Shown piece by piece: positions 49,734 through 63,539 of a stretch of 64,000 nt of DNA. The position numbers and the translations under genes are program-made. The DNA lies in assembly GCF_040938485.1 (NCBI RefSeq), contig NW_027271161.1, positions 744,001-808,000 of the forward strand. The letters are read 5' to 3'. Position 1 is the first letter of the stretch; each line of letters opens with the position of its first letter. The notes beneath the pieces were generated by a model. It searched no databases, was not told where the DNA came from, and worked only from the letters and a program-made list of their open reading frames with translations. This stretch comes from Diadema antillarum. Lineage: Eukaryota.

Positions 49734-50500
49734 CCCTAACTTACCTGGGCTATTTAGCTAGCTTGAATTCCTGGGGGAGGGGCCATTATGCTCCCCCTTC
49801 AGATCTCGGCCGTTGATCGCGCGATCGCCGCAAAATTTTGCATGAACATAAAGCCGGATGTAATCTACAAGCCTGTTTAGTTAAATTTTCAAAAAATTTG
49901 CATTTTCTATTTTGAATTAATTAATTATGCAAATATATGCAAAAAGCCTCATTTTCGTCTGTAATTGGCTTATAAAAGCTTATGGAATGCTGATTTTTGA
50001 TGTATATATTCCTAGTGACATTCTGAACATTTATGCGTTAAAAAAATCAGTATCAAAATTAATTTCTTATGTTTTTTATTGTTTTATCATTTTTTATGTA
50101 TTTCTTTGTTTTTTCGAACTTTTGTTTTTGTTGTTTTTCAGCAGAATTTGTCATACACATCTTTAGAAGCATAATCACACTAAAATGAATTTATTTCAGC
50201 CATTAAAATTAAAAATATGAATATTTATATAAATTAATCGAAAAAACACAATTTGTATTGACTTTGTACACAAAATCATGTTTTTGAGCAATTTTGGGGT
50301 TGACAAAAATTTTTTGAAGGGGCGTGGCTTCGGAGCGGTGTGCCCGGGCGCGACAAATTTGGTCTCAAAAGTTGCGCGAGACTTGAAAATAAAAAGTCAG
50401 CGAGCGGCGTGGTCAAAAAATTTTGCGCGGCGGAATGGTCGCGGAATTTGTCGAGGGGGGGGGGGGGCATTATGCCCCCCCCCCCCCCGGTAAGTTAGGG
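49734..50500 (+). mobile_element. piggyBac-like MITE, family copy C (767 bp)
   Basis: TTAA|CCCTAACTTACC ... GGTAAGTTAGGG|CTAA, with the shared family interior. Confidence 0.82.
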
Positions 50501-51758
50501 CTAAATGAGTATATCTGAATAAAACACTATTTTGTCTTTCAAACTTTTATTGTGTGTTTTATAGTTCTATTGAGTGCAAGAAAAAATGGAGTATAAAGAA
50601 GGTTATTGTAATTTTTACTTTTTCCCAAGTAACAGTGTAATTGGTTAAACCGCATAATTATGCAAATTCGATGAGATAGTAATGTCATTGCCTCGTAAAT
50701 CTCCTTCTGACCTGTACTCAAACTTCACATAATTTCTCTTCAGAAAGAGGAAACCCAAACTTCACACAATGACATTGCAATGATATCGTTCTGAACTGCT
50801 TTGACTTTGAGTTGCAGTTGCCCTTATTTTGAGCTGACACCATCAAAACGTTAATTCCACAATACTTTATACACTGAAGCAATCAAAGCAAGTGTTCAAG
50901 AAGACAATAATATAATATTACCAATTTGTTACTTCGAATGGTAAAGCAAATACACAGAATCCTTAAAGACGCAATTATCTTATCTGTGGAGTGTTTGACT
51001 GTGGATACGGATAGCTATACTGCAGTCCAACCTTGGCACAGTTGCCGAGTTTCAGACCGTTAGTCCGACCTTTGAAATAAGGCGAGGGTTGTTTGTGTTT
51101 TGGTGGTGTGATTATTACACAAACTCTACAGGACATTTATGCCCGGGTGCATGTTAACCGATAGTAATTACATTAGGGCGCATGTACTCACACACAGATA
51201 CGTTTTGAATTCTCGCCGATCATTCAACTGTCGTTACACTTTTTATTTATACAGAAGGCGCACATGCACATAGGCCGACAACACAAAACTCACACACATT
51301 ACAAATGCACACATATTTAAATGCAAACAGCCGTAATTTCCCAACGTAATTTTGTCCTACATTTTATCAACGATGACATGGAAACGTGTCTGTTGATATT
51401 GCACTCATGTATCATATGCCGTTGCACATCATACTGTATGGCCACGATCTTGCAAAGAAATAATGTAAAAATCTTTCTCTTAATACAGGGGAGGCGAGTC
51501 ACCGTATCCTGTTGCTAATGAGCATGATATATTCTGAGTATACATACGCCCACACAGATATTACTGTTATGTATACCATTAAAGGTTTATGATGTTCGTG
51601 AAAAGCCGTCCTAGAACATGAAGACAGTGCTCACACTATGAAAAAAAAAAATCTATTTTCGCTTCATAACAAAATACACTATGTAGATTTCACGATTTAT
51701 TTTCTTTTTAGTGGGGAAAATAAAATGCAGCCTGGGAAAGAGCTATATATAGTGTTAA

Positions 51759-52138
51759 AGAGATAGTACAGTTTTGGTTGAGACCTAACTTCAGGTTTCT
51801 TATTTTTTGTGAGATAATGAGAGACCTCTCATGAAATATGAAAGAGCGTATAATTCTAAGAGGGATTCAACGTTTATTTGACGGGAAACGGTATTAAAAT
51901 GGCTGAGAAATCCCAAAAAAGGGCATTCCTAATAAAAGGTGGGATCACCTTTTATTAGGATCTCTTTCTTTTACTTTGTTTTTGGATGTCTCAGCGATTC
52001 CAAAACCAATTTTCATCTAAATGAACTTTGAATTCCTCTTAAAATGGTATGCTCTGTACTATTTCATGAGTGGTTTCTTGGTATCTCGCAAAAAGTTGAA
52101 AACCCAATTCTAATCTCCACCAATATTATACAATCCCT
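51759..52138. mobile_element. Kolobok-like MITE (380 bp)
   Basis: TTAA|AGAGATAGTACAGTTTTGGTTGAGA ... TCTCCACCAATATTATACAATCCCT|TTAA imperfect TIR. Confidence 0.65.
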
Positions 52139-52195
52139 TTAAATAAATTAAAATGAAGACAGCAAATAAGAAGAGGGGGAAAGAGAAGGGATACG

Positions 52196-52672
52196 AGGGG
52201 CATTCCAGACGATTTTCATAATTTCACATCCTGTAGTACATAAATCAGCAGCTTCATGTATAGATATGTGGAATTTATTGTGGTCCTTGAGCAGAAAAGT
52301 TAATACAGTACATGTATATACTCTGAAAATCCCGAAACAAATTACACTGAACAAAGATGATGACATAGGAGCCTCACATATTTCAGAAATGTAGCAATGT
52401 AATTCCATTACAACATGAATAACAAGTTCACCTGTGCAGAATTTACACATGCCTTCTTCTTCTGTTCTGCTTCCTTGAGCCCCCACTCATGCATTCTTGT
52501 TGTGAGGCTGCCATGTCATCATCCTTGTTCATTGTGATTCGTTATAAATTTTGAAAACACTCCTATTCCTCATCCCAATCACTACAAATTCAGAAATTCT
52601 GCACCCTGTGTAACCAATTTATCTAATTGTTCATAATTTATGTGAAAGTCTGAAAATCATCCGGAGGTCTCT
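52196..52672 (+). mobile_element. Kolobok-like MITE (~470 bp), copy 1
   Basis: AGGGGCATTCCAGACGATTTTCA ... TGAAAATCATCCGGAGGTCTCT; homologous to 54469-54928. Confidence 0.7.
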
Positions 52673-54468
52673 TTGAAGGGCAAGGAGGGGAAGGGGGGGG
52701 GGGATAGAGGGAGAAAGAAGGGGAAGGGAGGGGCAGGTGATGGAGTAGAAGGTGGGCTGCGAAAATCGAAATGGTGCATTGGAGCTAGAGAGAGAGTGCG
52801 ACAGAAAGAGCTATAGGAAAGAGGGAGAAAGAAAGCAGAATATGAGAGAAATATATGTTTAGGAATCGAATACAGCAAAGCTTTATTATTTTCATGTCAG
52901 CAATCTTGGTGGTGATACAACGTTCGACATAGTGTATAACTGCTGTCAATTCAGATATCATTTTTGTGGTATTTCTATGATAATGTGACGAGGTTGTTAT
53001 GTAATTTATCCGTGCTTGATGTCTCCTACTTATACCAAGTGACAACCTATACATGGGCGTTGCGTGTTTAAATACACTGGTTATTGAAGAAAAAAAAAAT
53101 CCGAAAAAATATTCTACACAAAAATTGTGCGTGAACGTTTGCTATGTGCACGCTCATACATTTCATCATTCACGTATCTATGATATAGTTCCTTATTGTG
53201 TATTCCTCAAGGGCATTTGAAATCACCCCTCTGTATTTGCTGTTCACTGTTTTGGAGCACGGACAATCGGATTACGTTCGATAAAGAAATCGCTTAACTA
53301 CTTAGGAGATGAAAAATAGGACAATTAAATCGCATGCAAAGTCAGACAGTGTGTTACGCAATGACGTTTATCCGACACTATGAGTGGATTTTAATCCTCT
53401 CGTCACCAAGCATTTAAAATAACCAAGGCAATGTATATAGGAGGGTTGATTATGGTAATTACAGGGTTAACCGTGGAACACCGCTTTCAGGGCAGGTGTG
53501 AGGAGATTCAAACTTATGTCAAATATTGATAGATGGCCGTTTCGCGTATAAGAGAATACTCGTTGTGTAATTATGCCTTGCCATCTTGTACGCTCACTGC
53601 TAAAAAAAAAAATGTTGATTTTACTTAATTTGATTTCTTCAACAGATTGCATCAATTTTTTTTTGAGTAAATATAACTTTTTCCAAAATTAAGTTCTGAT
53701 AAAGAAACCTAATGGGTTATATTTTACTAGTTTATATAGGTAAAATCTACTTAAATATTTCCAGAAATTAACATCTACTTAAAGCTTGTTTGTTAATTTT
53801 ACAAGGATGAATTAAGTAGAATCAGCTGGAGCATCGATTTTCATAGTAATTTTTATTAATTTTCTTACGTATCATGTACAAGATGGTCTAGTCTGTTTGT
53901 AAATTGCAAGAATGTAAATTAAGTAGAATCTACATGGAGCACACCATTATTTGACAGTAATAATATTACTATATTGAATACAATTAAAAAAAATTAATGG
54001 TTGTGTTATCACACCATTACTTAGTATGTTTTTATCTTCAAACCTGACCGTGAATCACATATAATTATTTCTAACCTAATATTCAAGAGTTACATCCTAC
54101 TCTATATATCTGTATACCTAGAGTACGCTTCCTATTCGTAGATACATAGCTATGGTATTAGTTCTTTATATATGGGCTGATATCTGAAAAGTTTTAAGGC
54201 ATGGTTGCTAACGACAGCTTCTACATAATATTAGATTAATATTAATATTATATTAAAATATGAATATGCATCGTCATAAAACAAGTTAAAATAGTTGATC
54301 ACAAAAGATACAATTTCTAGCACACTTCAAAGTTTAAACAAAGACTATATACTTTGGGTTTTTATGTCCTTTATCTATTTCCTCTACTTTTTTGCATGTT
54401 AGATGCTCTCTCATGAATATTCATGATCGATACAGAAACCAAGTCAAAACAAGGATTGTGCAACTTAA

Positions 54469-54928
54469 AGGGGCATTCCAGACGATTTTCATAATTTCAC
54501 ATTATGTAGTACATAAATCGACAGCTCCATGTATATATTCGTGGAATTTATTGTGGTTCTTGAGCAGAGAAACAAATTAACTGAAAATCTTAAACAAATT
54601 ACACTGAACAGTGTTGATGACATCAGAGCCTCACATATTCCAGAAATGCAGCAGTGGAATTCCATTACAATACCACTTGCTCAACAATTTCACCTGTGAA
54701 GAATCTATGCATGCCTTCTTCTTTTGTTCTGCTTCCTTGAGCCCCAACTCATGCATTCTTATGGTGAGGCTGCCATGTCATCATCCTTGTTCATTTCAAT
54801 TCGTTATAGATTTTGAAAGCATTCTCACTCCTCATTCCAATCACTATAAATTCTGAAACTCTGTACTCAGTTTAACTAATTTATAGTTGTTCAAATGTAA
54901 AAGTCTGAAAATCGTCCGGAGGTCCCCT
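54469..54928 (+). mobile_element. Kolobok-like MITE (460 bp), copy 2
   Basis: TTAA|AGGGGCATTCCAGACGATTTTCA ... TGAAAATCGTCCGGAGGTCCCCT|TTAA. Confidence 0.78.
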
Positions 54929-55198
54929 TTAATCAACATGTATCACATTTTCCAGTTGGGTAGATGAGGTATTAACTGCATTGGAAGAAGTCAGTTGTCT
55001 CCATGGATACACACATTTACATTTTATGCCAAGGAGGTACTGGACCTCCTTATATATACTAAATACATTTATTACATGAATGAACCTGTATAATATTTTG
55101 GGTCGTACTTGGAATTTGTATGAGATCAAACACATTGTCAATGAGTTCCAAAACGAATGAATTGTTATATAAGAATTAATTAGTTTGCTTATCCTTAA

Positions 55199-55690
55199 CG
55201 GGTTGGGCTTATTTGGCTATAAATGCTAAAACCTGCGTTTTGGGATTAAATTTCGCCCCCGCCCCACAAGATATCGACCATTAGTCTCACGATCGCAGTG
55301 AAATTTGACCTGTGTGACAACCACATCGTAATCTACAAGATTATGTCTTATATGTCTTAATGTTTTGTTTAATTATCAATATCTAACTTTAATTGATCAC
55401 TTAATCAATTATTTGTGCAAATTAGGCTCAGCATTTTATTTTAGCCTAATTAAGAGCATTCAGAGTCTATTTCTTTATTATTTGTAAGTCCATTTTGACA
55501 TATTTATTTAACAACTGTACATCAGACACTTAAGGACTTCCAAAAGCCATTTTTCTTATGTGTATAAATGTTTTTGTAATTTCAAATCAATTTCTTTTTT
55601 TTAATTTTTCCTTTGTTTTCTTATTGGAAATTGTCATTGAACACTTTTATACCATAATTAGCATAAGGTCAATCAATCGCAGTGATTAAT
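55199..55690 (+). mobile_element. Old, diverged copy D of the piggyBac-like MITE family
   Basis: agatatcgaccattagtctcacgatcgcagtgaaattt resembles the family core agatctcggccgttgatcgcgcgatcgccgcaaaattt; ends are eroded. Confidence 0.45.
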
Positions 55691-56214
55691 GTAACAGCAT
55701 TGATAGATCCAGGGGGGCCATCTGTAACTTTTGATAAAATGAAATAAGTAAAAAGAAAACAAACTAATAATGGGTGTAAAAATGGGGGTCTTAAATGGCA
55801 CACAGGCTTATAGGCCTACTACAAGTAATAGGCCGAAACTGAGTGCCCCCCCCCCCCAGACAGGTATGCAGAATCATGTTTGTGAGTGGTTACACGGTGA
55901 TGGCCGTCTTCGTTAAAATCTCGAACAATACCCAGATTCTTTTCATATATAGATCGGTGCTCATTATATCTCACCTGTGTCGGCCGATCCAAGAATTACT
56001 ATCCAAGAATTGACATTGAATGGGGGGGGGGGGGGGGGTCCTCTATGGTCCCTGCTCTCGAAGATATTTAGGTCTATAAAGGGGGTACAGAACCAAAAGT
56101 TTATGTCATATCAGTTTCCCAACTGATGAATAATGAGTTGAAAAAATGATCTTCTTTTTTCCTGTCTTTTTTTTTTAATTTTTAGTTCCCTCTCTCCATC
56201 TTAGGGGTGGTTAT

Positions 56215-56235
56215 AATAATAATAATAATTATTGT

Positions 56236-56270
<35 letters not shown>
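56215..56270. repeat. (TAA)n microsatellite abutting the LINE 3' end
   Basis: Direct reading. Confidence 0.9.
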
Positions 56271-56271
<1 letters not shown>

Positions 56272-56275
56272 CACC

Positions 56276-58844
56276 TTCTTCTTCTTGCTTGTGATCTGTC
56301 TGTCTGATCTGTCATCTTGAGTCTTATGCAGTGAAGACTGCGTCCCTCAGCCAGGACCTGGCAGAAGGGGTGAGGCTACGGAGGGCAGTCCATCCTCCCG
56401 CCAGGCGATGGATGGTGCAGTCCTCTACCAGGTGATCTGCTGTCTGTATTTCCCCGCAGTCGCATCTGTCTGTCTCTGACAGTTTCCACTGGTGCAGGCA
56501 TGCTTGGAAGCGCCCGACTCCAGTGCGGAGTCGATTAAGGCGACACCAGTCCTTTCGTGGGAGGTCGCAGCCAGAGGGATGAGATGTAAGTGGCAGCATG
56601 TTAGTGAGTCTGCCTGCAGGCTGTTGCTCCTTCCATTTGTTTTTGAGCCAGGCCTTCCGACTGAGGTTCCTGTTCTCTGAGGAGAGGGCTTGTGCAGTCC
56701 TGATAAAAGGCTTCCTGCTTTTGAGGCGCTGTCTAGGGAGGGCAGCGTGCATCTTGGTGTGGAGGGGATGGTGTTCTTCCGTGTCAGCCTTCAGTGCTGC
56801 CTGTCTTGTAGCGGCTTCTCTTCTGAGGTGATGGGGTGGAATGCCTGCTAGCACAGGGAGCTGGTGGGTGGGGTTGGTTTCGGGCAGCCTGTGATGGTGC
56901 GAAGAGCAGAGTTGAGTTGGGTGTCCACTCTCTTGGTATGGCAGCTACGCCCCCAGGCAGAGACACAGTATTCCGCTGGAGCGTAGACAAGGGCGAGGGC
57001 GGTGGAGCGGAGGGTGGTAAAATCGGCTCCCCAGTCATGGCCGCATAGTCTGCGTAGAAGGCACACTCTGGCAGATGCTTTCCCAGCTACATTCAGTGCA
57101 TGGTGACGGAAGGTGAGTGGTATGAGCGGTCGAGTTTCACTCCGAGGTAAGTTGGAGTAGCACAGAATGGAAGATCGGTTCCTTGAAGTTTGACATGGAG
57201 TTGGCGGTCTGCTTCCTTGTTGTTCAGGTGGAACACAGAAGAGATGGTCTTTTGTGCATTAAGTTTTAGCCGCCATTGGTGGTAGTAGGTCTGCAGAGTC
57301 TGCATATCTTGGGTGAGGGTGTGTTCAGCTTCTTCAAAGGAGTTTGATGTGGAGAGAATAGCCAGGTCATCAGCGTAGGCGTATTTAGAGCTGCTGATGT
57401 GGGGGATATCTGCTGTGTACAGGTTGAAGAGTGCCGGTGCAAGAACCGAGCCTTGGGGGACGCCGTTCTTGAGGGTCCTTGTTCTGCTGGATGCGCCGTC
57501 AATGATTACTTTGAAGCAGCGGTCTGAAATGATGTTTGTGATGGCTTGGACCATCTGTCTGTCTTGTAGTGCTTGATGGAGCTTGAGGGTAAGTCCTCGG
57601 TGCCAGACTGTGTCGTAGGCAGATGAGAGGTCAATGAATACAGCTCCACATTTCTTCCTGTCCTCGAAGGCAGCTTCGATTTGGTTGGTTGCTGCAAGCA
57701 CTTGGTCTTCAGTGCTACGCCCTTTCCTGAAGCCTGCTTGTTCATCTGGTAGGAAATGCTCAAGGATAGGCTCTATCCTGTTTAGAATGAGTCGTTCGAA
57801 CAGTTTCAGGGGCACCGACAGAAGTGAGATGGGGCGGTAGCTCTTAGGGTCATTTCTGGGTTTGTTCGGCTTTAGAATGGCTACAACAGTGGCCTTCTTC
57901 CACAGCAGGGGGACTTTGGCATCAGAGAGCATCGTGACATGAAGTGTCTGAGCCAGTCATTAAGGCGAGGGCCAATGTGTAACAGTTGTTCTGGGTGGAT
58001 GTTGTCAGGGCCAGGGGCTTTCCCATGCTTGAGAGTGCCTAGTCCTTGTTTCATTTCGGAGATGGTGAAGGCTGCTGTGAGACCACGATCAGCAGATGGA
58101 CTGTTTCTCATTTCTTTCAGTTTGTTGTTGACATCGCGGGAGAAGTCCTTGTCAGGGAAAGGGTATCTTCCGTTGTTGATGAGAGTACGTGCTATATCTG
58201 GCGTGACGGGGCAGGCCTTTTTCTTGGTTGTCCTCCCAGTGAGTCTGTTGATTAGTTGCCAAGCTTTCCGGCTTGAGTGCGTAAAGTCGATGCTCTCACA
58301 GGCTTCCGCCAGCGTGCCTTCCGCGTATCGTCAAGGTGGGACTTCAGCTGGGCTGCCACCTCTGCGGCATGTTCAGCATTTGGGGAGTTTTGGAGAGTCT
58401 TGTGGAGCCGTTCACACTCCTCGTCCCATCCAGGGATGTACTCTTTCCGACAGCCTCGTGGGATGGTTGCTTTTGATGAAGCACTGACTGCCTGGAGGAA
58501 GGCACTATATGCCTTGTTGATGTCCGTGGTCCATGGGCAAGGAAGATTGGCTGCAAGGTTATCTGTCTCTTCCTTATAGATGTTCCAGTTTGCCTTGCGG
58601 AAGTTCCATCTTTTTGCTGGGCGTGTCATGGTTGGAGTCACTAGGGGTGTGCCTCTGATAATGATAGGTCTATGGTGGCTGTGAGGAAAGCTGTCCAGCA
58701 CTAGTCTTTCAGGGGCCTCAGAGGAATCACTTTGCCACCATGCAAGGTCTGGGTTGGTTGAGGAGTCCCATCGACTGGAGTAGAAAGTGGCAGGTTGACG
58801 TCTGTCAAATAGCAGGTTAAGGTCGAGTTCTGAAGCCCAGTTGC
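56276..58844 (-). mobile_element. 5'-truncated non-LTR retrotransposon (Vingi/Ingi-like): APE endonuclease C-terminus, RT and C-terminal Cys/His motif; four frameshifts
   Basis: Perfect 9-bp TSD ATAATCACC (56267-56275 and 58845-58853); (AAG)n 3' tail. APE motifs TNPDLAW..FPHSHHRP; RT motifs KAPGPDNI, SYRPISLLS, QAGFRKGRST, FIDLSSAYDTV, GVPQGSVLAP, YADD; C-terminal CDCGEIQTADHLVEDC. No RNase H domain seen. Clade assignment is from recalled similarity. Confidence 0.88.
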
Positions 58845-59957
58845 ATAATCACCCTGTCACATCGATAATTCACAGAGACATTCACAGGGGGGGGGGGGGG
58901 GGATAGACTAAAATATGGGCAATGACCAGTCGATCAAACTCATATGAAATTCATAAAAGTTACTATTTTAACTTACTTCAAACTAACTCCGTATACAGAT
59001 TCTCACTAGGAAATCGAATGAGATATAATTAAGTAACGGAGACACACATAAGATTTACTTGCAGTTGCTGCTACTATAAAGATGAGTATTACTACACTTG
59101 CGGAACTTTTTAACTCTAATATCATACATGAGTTACTATCACTTATTTCAATGTTATAAAGCTAATCATATAGATTCTACATTAGTAGAATTAATTCATA
59201 AGAAATACGTTTTATTAACTCAACATTTTGATTTGTGCTTTTTCAGTTAGGAAAACTTGATACAATTTAAATAACCTGAAGAGTTTGAGTTTTTCAGTTC
59301 ATTGGAAGCATGAAATTGTGTAATTACTACTTAAAGCGAATTAGCTTTTACAGTGCTCTCTAAAGCATTTGCTAATTGACATGACTAGACCGGGAAGCAC
59401 AAGAATTCATGCAGCATCAGAATGGATATTTTGTCCCTATAATATACCGGTATATAATTATGATTACGAGTTGCTTAGTTTACCTGATTGTATGACATGC
59501 GTTTTGATACTTAGAATCCAATTCACATGGAATGTCGCTCTGGGGGGGGGGGGGGGGGGGGGGGGGCTAGGGGGTCGAGCAAGGTCTGGTTCCCAGAGGA
59601 ACCTTTGTTAATATATAGGCGTAATCATGGAGTTGTATTGAACCTCTGTTATACATGTATGAGTGTAATCATGGAGCCAGTTCCATCGTATAACGTACTA
59701 GATGCGTGATAGGCGTTGAAAGCAATAAAGGAGATCTACACAGCACTAACTAATCTTTGATTAGTTAGTGCCATTCTTGACAAGTTCGCCCCTGTCCTGA
59801 AGAGTTTTGTTACTCTGCGCCTGAACATAATGATAGGCCTGTGTGAAATCGCTGTCGATGATCTCAGTGATTAGTCGAAATTGGCTTGCTGGGAGCTGTC
59901 AGGAGATACCTAGACTTAAATCAAAATGTGGGACGATGGTTAAAGAACCCGTTCTAT

Positions 59958-60001
<44 letters not shown>

Positions 60002-60016
60002 GAGAGAGGGAGGGAG
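59958..60016. repeat. (GA)n microsatellite
   Basis: Direct reading. Confidence 0.9.
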
Positions 60017-61064
60017 ATCTCATAATGAGTAAGCTATAAGATAAACTGAATCTTGATTAAAGACAATGAGTGTGTACGTACAGATATGTATCATATTTGT
60101 GTTTGGGTGTATATTATGGACGGTTGTTATCATAATTCGCCTTTATCAAGAAGTGGAAGGAATCCATAATAACACTTCACCCCGCCCCTTTGTCCACCGC
60201 CAGCAGAAATAGTCTTCGCTTATCTTTGCTCTGATTGTAAAGAGGACTTTGCACTACGCCTTTGCCACACTGCTTGAGCAGACATGACGTGTAGAGATAG
60301 GGCCTATAGGTCAGTATCGTCACTATAGGTGAGTTTAACCCTTCTACAACTAACATCTCATATTACTATTGGTGTTGTTTGCGGTTGGGCTAACCATTTC
60401 CATGCCCGTGTTATACAAACAGAAGAACATTGTCTCACACTCCAGCCGTCTAAGCCTTATAGTCGGAGTAAATGATGGTAATATGCACTCCTCAACTCTT
60501 TCATTATACCACGTCCATCTGGATCATCACTCAAAGTTAATGGTAGGTTGAGGGCGTGGTTCTGAGGGTCCATACCATCACTCATAACGTCAATCATGAT
60601 CTCGACACGCCCTAGTAATTATGTGTAAAATTCTCATTTGAATGCTATCTGTGTCAGTATCGACAGAACAAGAAAATCATGTTATATACATAGTCCATCA
60701 AAAGACTCATTCCGTTTGAGCCCTTGATATTTTTGACACCTTGAACGGAGAATAAGGTAAACTCTTGACATGCTGTATCAAGGGTTGCAATCACCTTCGC
60801 ATTGAATTCATCAAGGCTATGCCCCCTCCTGTTATTTACGTTTGGCAAGGATTACACAGAGTCAGTGTATGATAGCCTTTGACAGGAGCAAGACGCAAGA
60901 GTGGCTGGATGCTGTTTTCATGGCAACCGGCACTTCTAGGGGAATAGGTGGAGAACGGAATGTGGTAATTGCTTGGAAATAAACCACCGGTTACTTGACT
61001 TACAGCGTGATCTTGTGTTTTTGCCAAGTACATTGTCTCTGCAACACCTCATAGACCGCAAGCA

Positions 61065-62570
61065 ATGAAGTTTGACGACATTTTGTCAGAAATCGGTGAG
61101 TTCGGTCGATACCAACGATGGGTTTACACCATGGTCATCATCACGTCCATCCCAGTGGCCTTCCACCACATGGGTCAAGTCTTTTTGGCCGGAGCCCTCT
61201 GACCACTGGTGTGAGGTAAGTGAGACCAGCGGGTCTTAACAACGCGACGTGTATACAGACCGCTTTACTAACAATGTATCAAACTTTATGCGTATCATAT
61301 CAGTCTCCGAGGAACTTGAATTGAGAAATTCCAATCTCAATCTAGCGATTCCTGTCAACCACATTTCAAAACGCGCTTTGAATTCGGTTTAAATGCTTTA
61401 GCTATGTCCATGTTGGGTACGTCGTGAATGAAAAAAAAAAAAAAACACCGAAAGACGCAGACAATCTGCACTGTATTAAACGTAAAATGAGAATACTGAA
61501 CGTTCATTAGTCATTCATTCATCAGTCCTTTTTGGATTTTTCACAACGTAACGCAAAAATTATTTATGACTTGACTTTACATTCATTTATCAGGTCTCCT
61601 CTGGGGATTTTTCGACTGAAGATGCTATTCATAGTAGGCATTTTTTATAGTTTTAATACTCCGAATCGTGTTGTTCTTTGAGGGCTTGTTGACCCGTAGT
61701 AGATGAAACGATTACATTCAGTCCAATCATAACCCACTATGCTTGAATTACATGAAGTTTTTATAGTGTTGTCCTTTATTAAGATGTCTAAAGTCATTTA
61801 GGTATGATTCATCGATATATGCGTGGTCTGAATAGCCTTTACCATCAACGATCTTTCATTGAGATGAGAATGCACCCATGTCGAAATATATAGGGAAGAG
61901 TGAGCTGTAAACTGTGAGACCAAGCTATGTACTAACACTTTTAGTCACGCAATTGCAGTAACCGATGAGTTGAGAAACACTGTTTAATCCCATCAATCAT
62001 AAATTAAAGTTACACTTCAATACAGCACCCGTAAGCACAGATGACATCATCACCAATAAGAAATTCCTCGATAGAAAAAATGGACGCCTGCTTTGAAGAC
62101 AAACTGTAGAAATAGTAGTAGTAGTTTGTACAGTTTCATTCCGACATGTATTTAATGGTTCAAAACACTGTCGCCTGAATTAATCTTTCGTCTGTTTCGT
62201 TCATCAAGTCCATCTGTCAATTTGTCTATATGTCTCTCTGTCTGTATGGATGCATAATATAGCAGGACATGCATATTATGTTGTTCTATTTTAATTATTG
62301 GATGGTACATTGTAGGTAGCAGCGTGGGAGGACTATGATTGCGATGCTAACGGGCTCTCCGATGCCGAATGCGCCGAGCTCAAGCGAAACGCGAGCTCGC
62401 CGATGAACGGCACCGAAGAGCAACTGAAGTGCTACAAGTATGAAGTGGTCGACGACATGGAGTTCCATCCGGGGCTGGATCCTGCAAGTTACAACGACAC
62501 CACGATCATCGAGTGCAACGACGGCTGGGTTTACGACAAGAGCCAGTATAAGTCTTCTATCGTCCAAGAC
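61065..62570 (+). CDS. SLC22-family organic cation transporter-like gene, first two coding exons (continues past the window); exon 1 carries a +1 frameshift as assembled
   Basis: Exon 61065-61215: MKFDDILSEIGEFGRYQ...VFLAGA[+C]SDHWCE|GTAAGT. Exon 62316-62570: VAAWEDYDC...KCYKY...IECNDGWVYDKSQYKSSIVQD|GT. Both are hallmark SLC22 N-terminal and luminal-loop motifs. As written, TGA falls at 61200-61202. Confidence 0.85.
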
Positions 62571-62726
62571 GTGAGGACAATCTGCTACATTCTGACTTTT
62601 AGGCGCTGTAATAAAACCAACATATCAGAACCAAAAAAAGGGCAAAATAAACAAAACCAAACAGAACTAAAGGGAACATCAGAACAGAACAAAAACAAAG
62701 CAAAACAGAGCAGAAATATTGGTCTT

Positions 62727-62876
62727 TAGCCGTGGCGGATGGGGGGGGGGGGGGGGGGGGGGGAGGGCGCACCAGGCACGCCCCCCCCTTTTTTTGGTTA
62801 AAACAAGAAATAAAAAGAAAGTAATTTTGTAAAGGCGCCCCCCCTCTTTTTACGGAATTCCTGGATCCGCCCCTGT
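62727..62876. mobile_element. Small GGCGGATCC-type TIR MITE in SLC22 intron 2
   Basis: gccgtggcggat-(G)n ... (C)n..cctggatccgcccctg inverted ends. Confidence 0.5.
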
Positions 62877-63299
62877 TTTTTGTTTTGTTTTGTTTTGTTT
62901 TTGTTTTTACAAATTATGGGAATTCTTAAACCTTCGTTTTTACGAGGAGTTAGACTTACCAGCAGTAACACAGCCAAGGATTTGATTAACACATAGGCAT
63001 CTCATGGCAGTGTAGTACCACTTGAATTTGATTCTTGCTCACATACCCTTATAATAAACTTCATAGATAATGCAGATACAATAACAATGCAAAATATTCG
63101 ATTCCTTCAAGGAGAGTGTCCTGAAGTCCATTGAACAGTATTTTCACGACCTTTCACTGTAATCGTCTTCAGAATAAAATATAAAAACAAAAACAAAAAC
63201 AAAACCGGCTTATGTTTAATTTCTATAATTTCATCTTTGGAAATCACAGACCGCTTTTTTGCTATTCGCAGATCACTATCTTCGTCATTATAAAACAAA

Positions 63300-63522
63300 T
63301 ATTCACAAATTCATGATATTCTTGCGTCGAGGTGTTTTTCATTGCAACTGATTGACAAATTGCCCTACATCGACGCAAATAAGCACTGAATTGATCAGTG
63401 TTTTTTAGTAGTAGCCATGATAAAAATAATGGGCGTACATACTCGAGCAGGATTCGAACCTACTACCTCCTGATCACCGGAGAGGCGTCATCTCCACTAG
63501 ACCACCGAGCTTTCGCCCGACA
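63300..63522 (-). mobile_element. tRNA-derived SINE (head 63440-63510)
   Basis: Minus strand GCTCGGTGGTCTAGTGG (A box) ... GGTTCGAATCC (B box). The acceptor and anticodon stems are imperfect, so it is not called a tRNA gene. The body boundary is approximate. Confidence 0.6.
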
Positions 63523-63539
63523 GCAAGTGTTGGTTCTAA

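Noticed and set aside
63440-63510. Functional tRNA gene
   Set aside because: Has A and B boxes but mismatched stems and no clear anticodon loop; better explained as a SINE head.
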